NCBI GenBank assembly: GCA_965229805.1
Contig: CBDDJO010000002.1
Location: 925,811 to 989,810, forward strand
DNA length: 64,000 nt
Origin: Rhodospirillales bacterium
GTDB lineage: Bacteria > Pseudomonadota > Alphaproteobacteria > Rhodospirillales > Casp-alpha2
Direction of reading: 5' to 3'
A program made the position numbers and the translations under genes. Shown one piece after another: positions 55,608 through 63,301 of the stretch. The notes under the pieces are model-generated. The model ran no database searches. It was not told the origin of the DNA and saw only the letters and a list, made by a program, of their open reading frames with translations. Position 1 is the stretch's first letter, and each line of letters begins with the position of its first letter.

Positions 55608-55913
55608 GCTCTGACCCTTTAACTCCCTTCCTCGTTTACCGGCGCCGAAACGGAACCGTTCCCAGTTGCCCGTGCAGGCGTTTCACCAAATTGGAAAATT
55701 CCTAATTGATTGACTCGGCGATCTGGGATAATTAACATAATGGAATACGTTCCGTCTATCGGAATATCGAAATTCCGGTGGTGATCTTCTCGTGCGGGCA
55801 CCAACCGCGACCGCCCACAAGGGCGGCGCATCGGGGTTCGGCGATGGAAAGGGCGCATTTTCGTCTTTGCCTTGTAACCGGCAGGGAAACATTTCGGGTT
55901 GGAGGATACAGTT

Positions 55914-56702
55914 ATGGATTTGGGAATTGATGGGCGTGTCGCGCTGGTAATCGGTGGTGGCCGGGGTATCGGGTATGCCGTTTGCAATGATCTCGCCGCT
56001 GCGGGGGGCAAAGTTGCGATCGCAGATATCAACGGCGACGGCGCAAAGGAATCGGCAGGCAAACTGGCCGCCGAGACATCTGCGGAAACGATGGGTATCG
56101 GCCTCGATATCAGCTCTATGGAAAGTGTGCGCTCTGGCTACGACGAGATAGCAAAGAAGTTCGGTGCGCCGGAAATCCTGATCATCACCGCAGCTATTGT
56201 TGACGATAAGTTATTCTTGGAATCCTCAGTCGACGACTGGAAGCCCATGATCGACATCTGCCTGTATGGGCCGATGAACGTCCTCAGCGTCGCTTTGCCG
56301 AGCATGGTCGAAAACAATTACGGCCGTGTTGTTTGCATGGCTACGGACTCTGCGCGCGTCGGGCAGGCGCGGCTTTCCTATTACGCGGCGGCCAAAGCCG
56401 GCGTGGTGGCATTGGTCAAATCCGTTGCCCAGGAAATCGGCTCGAAGGGGGTCAATCTGAACGTCGTCTCTCCTGGGGCCACCAACACAGAACTGCGCAT
56501 GGCGCGCGAAGAGGCGATGAAAGCCGAAATGGGCGAGGAAAAGTACGTTCGGCGGGTGGAGAAAGTGCTGCGCATGTATCCGGTTCGTCGGATCGGCGAG
56601 CCGGAAGATATCGCGTCGATCACGGCCTTTTTGGTTAGTGAACGGGCGTCTTGGATTACAGGCCAAGTCGTTAGCGTTAATGGCGGCTTTGTGATGCCTT
56701 GA
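55914..56702 (+). CDS. Short-chain dehydrogenase/reductase (SDR)
   Basis: GGGRGIG cofactor motif, YYAAAKAG catalytic Y-x-x-x-K, and C-terminal ITGQVVSVNGG. Confidence 0.85.
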   Translation: MDLGIDGRVALVIGGGRGIGYAVCNDLAAAGGKVAIADINGDGAKESAGKLAAETSAETMGIGLDISSMESVRSGYDEIAKKFGAPEILIITAAIVDDKLFLESSVDDWKPMIDICLYGPMNVLSVALPSMVENNYGRVVCMATDSARVGQARLSYYAAAKAGVVALVKSVAQEIGSKGVNLNVVSPGATNTELRMAREEAMKAEMGEEKYVRRVEKVLRMYPVRRIGEPEDIASITAFLVSERASWITGQVVSVNGGFVMP

Positions 56703-56712
56703 GGATACGGAC

Positions 56713-57867
56713 GTGGACTTAGAACTAACAACCGAACAAAGACTCATTCAGGAGTCTGCCATTGAAATGTCGGAGCGGGATATCGTTCCGGTCCTCAAGC
56801 GAAACCCGGTAGACTTACCGTTGCCGAAATCGGAAATGCTGGAGATTTTCGGTGTTCTGGCCCGGCAAGGTTTGATGGCGCCGCGCCTGCCTGTTGAAGA
56901 AGGCGGGGCCGGCCTGAAGATGCTGGACTACGGGCTGATTTTCGAACAGTTGCCGGCGGAGATAGCTATCGCCCTGCTGTCACAGGATTGTACGATTGCG
57001 CGAATTTTCGCCGAGTCGACGCAAGAGCAGCGTGATCGGTTTCTTCCCGGATTGCTTAACGGCACGAAGATTTCGTGTACTGCCACCACGGAACCCGATG
57101 CTGGCTCGAACCCGCGTGAAATCAAAACGCGAATCTCGGATGCCGGGGATCATTTTCGCCTAAACGGAAGGAAGATGTGGATAACCAACGCAACCATATC
57201 AGATGTCGTGAACGTAACATGTATCGACGGTTTGGATGAAAAGGGAAGGGGGCGTATAAGGCGACTGGCCGTGGAGCTTGAGCACTCGCCTTTTGAAACT
57301 TCCGAGATTCCGAGCCTTGGCCTTCGCCAAGGACATTTGGGAGAACTGAGCTTCGACGATTGTCCGGTGCCGAAGGATAATGCGCTTGGCTCAACCGGTG
57401 ACGCTGCCAAGTTGCTGACATTGACGTGGAATGGAAATCGACCCCTAGTCGGGTTGGCTGCCGTCGGGTTGGCGCAAAAAGCATTTAATTCCGCTTTAGA
57501 GTATTCGGGCACAAGAAAACAGTTCGGCAAGTTGATTGGCGGCCACCAACTCGTTCAAGCTCATCTGGCGGAAATCCAAACACTAATCACGACTAGCCGC
57601 CTTCTCTGCTATTCCGCCCTGAATGCGACCGACCATGGACATCGGGCAAACGGATTGTCCGCGATGGCGAAGCATTACGCGACGGAGTCCTGTGAAAAAG
57701 CGATCACTGAAGCGATTCAATTACATGGCGCTATGGGGATTGCATGCGAGACAGGTCTCGAGAAGCTGTATCGCGATGTCCGAATGCTGCCTATTCCAGA
57801 TGGGGCAAACAACATTCTGGCACTGATCCAAGGTCGTGAACTCACAAATATTGACGCGTTCAAGTAG
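56713..57867 (+). CDS. Acyl-CoA dehydrogenase family protein (Asp at the canonical catalytic Glu position)
   Basis: TEPDAGSNPREIKT...LNGRKMWITNA and the C-terminal LYRDVRMLPIPDGANNIL (MCAD-type IYEGT region). GTG start with a GAGGA RBS. Confidence 0.85.
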   Translation: MDLELTTEQRLIQESAIEMSERDIVPVLKRNPVDLPLPKSEMLEIFGVLARQGLMAPRLPVEEGGAGLKMLDYGLIFEQLPAEIAIALLSQDCTIARIFAESTQEQRDRFLPGLLNGTKISCTATTEPDAGSNPREIKTRISDAGDHFRLNGRKMWITNATISDVVNVTCIDGLDEKGRGRIRRLAVELEHSPFETSEIPSLGLRQGHLGELSFDDCPVPKDNALGSTGDAAKLLTLTWNGNRPLVGLAAVGLAQKAFNSALEYSGTRKQFGKLIGGHQLVQAHLAEIQTLITTSRLLCYSALNATDHGHRANGLSAMAKHYATESCEKAITEAIQLHGAMGIACETGLEKLYRDVRMLPIPDGANNILALIQGRELTNIDAFK

Positions 57868-57879
57868 GTGCTTGTCTAA

Positions 57880-59883
57880 ATGGAACAGGTTCACGGTTTA
57901 AACGGCATTAGGGTCGTCGAGCGTACCGGACGATTGGCTGTGAGATTGTGTTCGTTCCTTTTGCGGCAAGCGGGGGCTTCGCTTACCCGTGTCGAAACGG
58001 CATTGTTAGACACGGGGAACGAGCCCCGGTTCTGGAAGGACTATCCGAAGTTCGATGACGGTGTTGAGACGCTGAACCTTGGATTAAGCGACAATGTCTG
58101 CGGGGATGAAGAGCCTGCACCCGATATCATCATCATCGGCGTGGATGGCAATGAAAATCGTAAAAGTCTGGAAGCACAGACCGCCGGGATAGACCCAAAC
58201 CGAACAATCATGTGCGTCATTTCGCCGTTCGGGGTGGATGCAGAGCATCCACCTTCGACGGAGACGGACGAGCTGGCCATTCAGGCCGTCAGCGGGCTCA
58301 TGGCGACAACCGGAGAGCTTGGCGGTGAACCGTGCGCCGTCGGTGTTCCGGTTATGGAAGTCTTTGCGGCCATCAATGCGGCAAGCTCGGCTGTCGCGGC
58401 ATTGCGGGCGAGGGCGCTCGGCGGCGGGGCGAAGCTCATCGATATTGCCGTCTTCGATGCGGCCATCGGTATGTTTGGGTCTTTTCTCGGGAACGTGGCG
58501 AATGGTCACGCCCGCGGGCTTCGGGGCGGTTGCCGGCATCCTATTGTCGCGCCTTGGAATGCCTATCCGACGCGTGATGGGTGGGGTGTGATATGCACGG
58601 TCTCGAACGAGCAATGGTTTCGGCTGCTTGACGTCATCGGACGAGCAGAGTTGCGTCAAGACGAAAGGTTTCAGACGGCAAAATCAAGGGTAGAGAATTG
58701 CGACACTGTCGATGAAATAGTTACAAATTGGTCGAAGACGCAAACGACGGACGCGTTGATCCTGGCGCTGACCGGCCGGGGAATTCCGGCGGGTAAGACG
58801 GCCACAATTGCACAACTGAGGAGCGGGCCGAGCCCCGTCCCATGCCGACGAAAATTCTACGATACCCAAATAGCCAGGAATGATGCTGCACCGATCTCTC
58901 ACGGCAAACTACCACTGGCGGGTGTCCGGATTGTCGAAGTCGGCGCGTATACCGCCGGGCCATATGCGGGGCGCATGCTTTACAATCTGGGTGCGGACGT
59001 CATCAAGGTCGAACCGTTGGTAGGTGAGGTCAGCAGGGCCTGGACGCCACGCGTAGGAAACAGCAGCGTTTTTTTCGCCAATTACAATGCGGGGAAGAAA
59101 TCTGTCGCGCTGGACCTGAAAACACAACCCGGCCGAGAAAGCTTCAAAACCCTGTTGGGTGGGGCAGACGTCGTTCTGCAAAACCTGAAAGCAGGCGCGA
59201 TGGACGATCTCGGGCTGGGACCGGGCGAGTTATTCTCCGACACCGCATTGAAGGTTTATTGCAATGTTGTCGGCTTCAGTGGAGAGCTACAAGACCGTCC
59301 GGCGTTCGACACGGTTATACAGGCTGAAGCGGGCATCATGTCGTTAATCGGGAGCGGAACATCGCCAATGAAGGCAGGATTTTCGCTCGCGGATCTCTTG
59401 GCTGCCCATCTGGCTGTTTTTGAGATCGTATCGGCGCTCCGCGCCGCGAATGAAAGTCGGCACCCGGTCGAACTGACGGTGTCGATGCAAGACGCCTTGG
59501 CGTGGCTCACTCAAATCAGTTGGGCTTCTGAAGGCTCCGTCTTGCCGCCGCACACGGTGTGCCGAACCAACGATGGCTGGATTGTTGTCCGCCACCAGGG
59601 TCAGAGCCCGCAAACAGATATCGATTTCTCATCGTCAACGACGGATGAAGCGCTCGTGCAAGCCGCTGAAACCGGTATGCCGGCGACAAAAATCTTCGAG
59701 TTAGACGAGGTTCTGGCAGACGAACATGTGAAGGCCAGACTGTTGTTGATGGAAGAATCCGATGGAGATCGGTTGTTGAAGTATATGACCGCGGCGCCGT
59801 TCGGGTTCGATAAGAATTCGATCAGATACGGTGACCAGGTCTCTGAAGTGGGAGCAGACAATGATGCCTACCTCAGCCGGTGA
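57880..59883 (+). CDS. Tandem-duplicated (two-module) family III CoA-transferase, 667 aa
   Basis: Module 1 covers roughly aa 1-330: degenerate N-terminus GIRVVERTGRLAVRLCSFLLRQAGASLTRVE and Asp region TDELAIQAVSGLM. Module 2 is canonical: GVRIVEVGAYTAGPYAGRMLYNLGADVIKVEP, NAGKKSVALDLK, PAFDTVIQAEAG. Confidence 0.8.
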   Translation: MEQVHGLNGIRVVERTGRLAVRLCSFLLRQAGASLTRVETALLDTGNEPRFWKDYPKFDDGVETLNLGLSDNVCGDEEPAPDIIIIGVDGNENRKSLEAQTAGIDPNRTIMCVISPFGVDAEHPPSTETDELAIQAVSGLMATTGELGGEPCAVGVPVMEVFAAINAASSAVAALRARALGGGAKLIDIAVFDAAIGMFGSFLGNVANGHARGLRGGCRHPIVAPWNAYPTRDGWGVICTVSNEQWFRLLDVIGRAELRQDERFQTAKSRVENCDTVDEIVTNWSKTQTTDALILALTGRGIPAGKTATIAQLRSGPSPVPCRRKFYDTQIARNDAAPISHGKLPLAGVRIVEVGAYTAGPYAGRMLYNLGADVIKVEPLVGEVSRAWTPRVGNSSVFFANYNAGKKSVALDLKTQPGRESFKTLLGGADVVLQNLKAGAMDDLGLGPGELFSDTALKVYCNVVGFSGELQDRPAFDTVIQAEAGIMSLIGSGTSPMKAGFSLADLLAAHLAVFEIVSALRAANESRHPVELTVSMQDALAWLTQISWASEGSVLPPHTVCRTNDGWIVVRHQGQSPQTDIDFSSSTTDEALVQAAETGMPATKIFELDEVLADEHVKARLLLMEESDGDRLLKYMTAAPFGFDKNSIRYGDQVSEVGADNDAYLSR

Positions 59884-59924
59884 ACCCCAAAAACAAAACC
59901 AGAATGATCACAAGGAAGTGCTCC

Positions 59925-62084
59925 ATGTCTGAAAACTCGGAGAATTGGCTCGACGGACGTGTGGTTGTCGAACTGGGCAGCAGAATTTCCGTGGGGGCAT
60001 GCGGGTCGTTGTTGGCTCAGGCGGGTGCAACCGTTTTCTTCGTGGAACCAGTCAATGGCGCGGCGCCGGCTGGCAAGTTCGCCAGCCGTAGAGTGTTCTC
60101 CGCCGGGAAGAAAAGCCTTGGAATAGATTATCAGAATCAAGACGACAGGAAGCTCCTGTGTGAACTCTTGAGAAAGGCCGATGTGGTACTGCTGTCCAGT
60201 GACTGGGACGGCCCGATCGCCGATGACATCGAAGCCGCTTGTGAAGGTGCGGCGGCTGTATGTGAATTTGCGGCAACGGGTGAACGAGCAGATACGTCGT
60301 TCGGGCCACTGACGGACGCGACGGTACAGGCCATGTCCGGCATTGCCTACACGAACGGGTTTCCAGGAGAGGAGCCGGTCGTCTTGAATGTGCCGATCCT
60401 GGAATATTCGGCCGGTGTCTACGGTGCGTCCGCATGTGTTGCCGCGCTCGAAACGATGCGTCAGTTCGGTCAGCCGCAAGAAATCGAAGTGACGCTCTTT
60501 GACTGCGCCATAAACGCTCTATCGACGTTTCTTCCTGCGGTCTATGAGGGGAAAGAGCCGGGGCGTTTGGGCAATGGGCATCCGATGGCGGCGCCGTGGA
60601 ATGCCTACAACGCGGCAGATGGCTGGATTCTGCTATGTTCGGCATCTGACGATCATTGGAAGCGTGTCTGTCAGACGATCGAACGGGACGATCTTGCAAA
60701 TGACGGGAGATTCGCAACCCTTGGTGATCGTATTGCACATCGGACCATGGTTGACGATGCGATCGCCGAGTGGGTTGCAAAGCACAGTGTCGATGAATGT
60801 ATCGCTTCCTTTTCCAGCAGAAAATTAGCATGTGGCGCGATTGTTAAGCTCCCTGAGCTGAAGAGCGAACCCAATGTGGTTTATCGTCAGGCCATCACGC
60901 AGGTTCCCGAAAATAACGGTGAGACGACGTCGTTCGTGCCAGGTAGGTTTTTAAAGGCATCAACCGGGATCAGTAGTACGCCTATGGCTATTCCAGGTGT
61001 CGATGACGGCCGTGACCTCGCCAGAAGCTGCCGCCGTACGGATTTGAGCTGTGAGTCCAGGTCAAACGAGGAAAATATCACGCTGCCGCTCACGGGTGTG
61101 CGGGTGCTTGAGATCGGCCAGTACACAACAGCGCCACTGACGGCCCGTCATCTCGCGAGCTTAGGCGCTGAAGTGATTAAGATCGAGCCGCCCAGTGGGG
61201 ATGCTGCGCGTGAGTGGGCGCCGAAAGTTGACGGACTGAGTGTATTCTTCGCCATGAGCAATAGTGGGAAAACCAGTTATTGCCTAGACCTGAAGACAGA
61301 GTTCGGAAGAGATGCATTCGCCGAGCTTGTCGCTACGGCGGATGTGATGGTTGAGAATATGAAGCCCGGTTCACTTGCGGCGATCGGCTTCACGGCAGCG
61401 CGTTTGCAAGAGATAAATCCGAAACTGATATACTGTGCGATCACCGGGTTTGGGTCCGATTCCGTTTACGAGAATCGCCCGGCATTCGATACGGTTGTTC
61501 AGGCTATGTCCGGTATGATGGATGCCAACGCCTGGAATGGTATCCCCTTGAAGGCCGGCGTATCAGCATGCGATTTCATGGGGGGCGAAGTTGCCCTGTT
61601 TTCGATTCTTGCCGCCTTGCACAAGAGAGCGGCGTCAGGCCGTGGTGTCGTCCTGGACCTGTCTATGCAGGACATTTCAGTATGGATGACGGCAACTTTA
61701 TGGTCGAAAGAGACAGAGCAAACCACGTGCAATCGTGTCCTGCAGTGCAGTGACGGCTATGTTTTGCTTGAAGGTGTTGAAGGTGCGATTGGTCGGCTAC
61801 TGGATGCTTTAGGTTCCGAGAAAACAAGCCTTGCTGAAATGCTTGAAAAGGCCAGCCTTGAGATGGTTGCGGCAACCCCGATTTCACGATTGTCAGATGC
61901 GCTCAAATCAGACGCTGCCAAGAGCACCAATCCCGTAGTATCCGTTGAAGGGCACGGCAGCAAGCAGTGGCAAGTGCTTCGTTCACCAATGAGGTTGAGC
62001 CCGACGTCGCCTGCAATATGTGCCCCGGCCGGGCAGGCGTCGCCATTCAGCTTGAGCACATTGACTGCGATGAAAGGTGAATGA
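59925..62084 (+). CDS. Tandem-duplicated (two-module) family III CoA-transferase, about 719 aa
   Basis: Module 1: GRVVVELGSRISVGACGSLLAQAGATVFFVEP and LTDATVQAMSGI. Module 2: GVRVLEIGQYTTAPLTARHLASLGAEVIKIEP, NSGKTSYCLDLK, PAFDTVVQAMSGM. The ATG at 59925 is preceded by AAGGAAG; the listed ORF starts at the GTG at 59880. Confidence 0.8.
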   Translation: MSENSENWLDGRVVVELGSRISVGACGSLLAQAGATVFFVEPVNGAAPAGKFASRRVFSAGKKSLGIDYQNQDDRKLLCELLRKADVVLLSSDWDGPIADDIEAACEGAAAVCEFAATGERADTSFGPLTDATVQAMSGIAYTNGFPGEEPVVLNVPILEYSAGVYGASACVAALETMRQFGQPQEIEVTLFDCAINALSTFLPAVYEGKEPGRLGNGHPMAAPWNAYNAADGWILLCSASDDHWKRVCQTIERDDLANDGRFATLGDRIAHRTMVDDAIAEWVAKHSVDECIASFSSRKLACGAIVKLPELKSEPNVVYRQAITQVPENNGETTSFVPGRFLKASTGISSTPMAIPGVDDGRDLARSCRRTDLSCESRSNEENITLPLTGVRVLEIGQYTTAPLTARHLASLGAEVIKIEPPSGDAAREWAPKVDGLSVFFAMSNSGKTSYCLDLKTEFGRDAFAELVATADVMVENMKPGSLAAIGFTAARLQEINPKLIYCAITGFGSDSVYENRPAFDTVVQAMSGMMDANAWNGIPLKAGVSACDFMGGEVALFSILAALHKRAASGRGVVLDLSMQDISVWMTATLWSKETEQTTCNRVLQCSDGYVLLEGVEGAIGRLLDALGSEKTSLAEMLEKASLEMVAATPISRLSDALKSDAAKSTNPVVSVEGHGSKQWQVLRSPMRLSPTSPAICAPAGQASPFSLSTLTAMKGE

Positions 62085-62181
62085 GGCGACGGAGAACTGC
62101 CGTAGACCAGACAATACAGATTTCATGGAAAGCATTCAAAGATCGAAGCAAACCCATCTAAGCCAATTAATTTCGAGCGAA

Positions 62182-62919
62182 TTAATTCAACTGCTTGACC
62201 CGTCGCCTACTTCCAGCGCGTGTAGATATTCGGTCTGCAGAAGTAATCAGTAACTGAGCAAATTTATCAGCGTTAGGAGCGATGCGTCCAGTAGGCCCAA
62301 AAATGCCCAGAGAGTGAGAACATTCGTCCTTAATGTTGAACAGCGGCACCGCAATCCCAACCAAGCCCTCAGTTCGCTGATTGGTTGCCATCACGTATCC
62401 ATGTTTCAGCACGTGGTCCACGTCCTCGCGTATCTTGGCTTTATCCTTACGTTGTGTCTTCAGGTATTCATTAAAATGATTGGGGTGGTACGCAAGGAAT
62501 ACGCGGCCGGTTGCGCCAGTGTTGCGATCGTTCTGCTCTCCGCGGCGTATTACAATCTTCAGGATTTCCGTACTTTCAATGAAGTCTATAATTACCCGAG
62601 AGTCACCGATAAGGGCGCTTAGCGCGACAGTTTCGTTTACTTCTTTCGAAATAAACTCCAGTTCGGGGCGCGCCAATCTCGCCATGTCAGGGTCAATTCG
62701 GACACAGTCTCCTAATCGAAGCGCTTTCATGGATAACTCGAAATGAGTGTTGTCAGTGTGAAGGACGTAACCGGAATCAATTAACGTCTGCAGAATCCTG
62801 AATGTCGTCGTCTTAGGTAGCTTTACCTTGACGCTTATTTCATGGAGCGTAAGCAACGGTTGGTTCGGCTCAAAGGTCTCCAAAATACTAAGTGCGCGGT
62901 CAATGGATCTGATACTCAA
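62182..62919 (-). CDS. IclR family transcriptional regulator
   Basis: IRSIDRALSILETFEPNQPLLTLHEISVKVKLPKTTTFRILQTLIDSGYV followed by an effector domain. Confidence 0.85.
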   Translation of the reverse strand: MSIRSIDRALSILETFEPNQPLLTLHEISVKVKLPKTTTFRILQTLIDSGYVLHTDNTHFELSMKALRLGDCVRIDPDMARLARPELEFISKEVNETVALSALIGDSRVIIDFIESTEILKIVIRRGEQNDRNTGATGRVFLAYHPNHFNEYLKTQRKDKAKIREDVDHVLKHGYVMATNQRTEGLVGIAVPLFNIKDECSHSLGIFGPTGRIAPNADKFAQLLITSADRISTRAGSRRRVKQLN

Positions 62920-63132
62920 TTTTACGGCCTCCGTGTAACTTGTGGGACTTTGCCCTGTTTGCCTAGAAATGCAAAGTCCAGTTTTCCATCTCAGGTCGTT
63001 TCAACGCCTCGTCCCCTGACAATGCCGTTACCGCTGTTTTGATAAAGTCATGACGCTCAAAACGAGGGATCGGATCGGCTTTCTCAACGACCGATAGCAG
63101 TTCAATACATATTGAATTGATGCTAGAACATA

Positions 63133-63156
63133 AAAAATGGAATGTATTCCATTTTT
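63133..63156. promoter_or_regulatory. Perfect 11-bp-arm palindrome, IclR-type operator candidate
   Basis: AAAAATGGAAT-GT-ATTCCATTTTT lies between the divergent iclR (62919) and the crotonase gene (63302). Confidence 0.6.
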
Positions 63157-63301
63157 GTTGGACACCATTCTCCGGGTGCTGTAATACTTAGGAAATCCGA
63201 CGCTTCACGGCAGTTTGCCGGCGGGTGTGTCGGATTCAATATGTATGGCGCCGTGCATTGCGCATTTGAACAAACGGCTGGTTACGGACAGGGCAGAGGT
63301 T

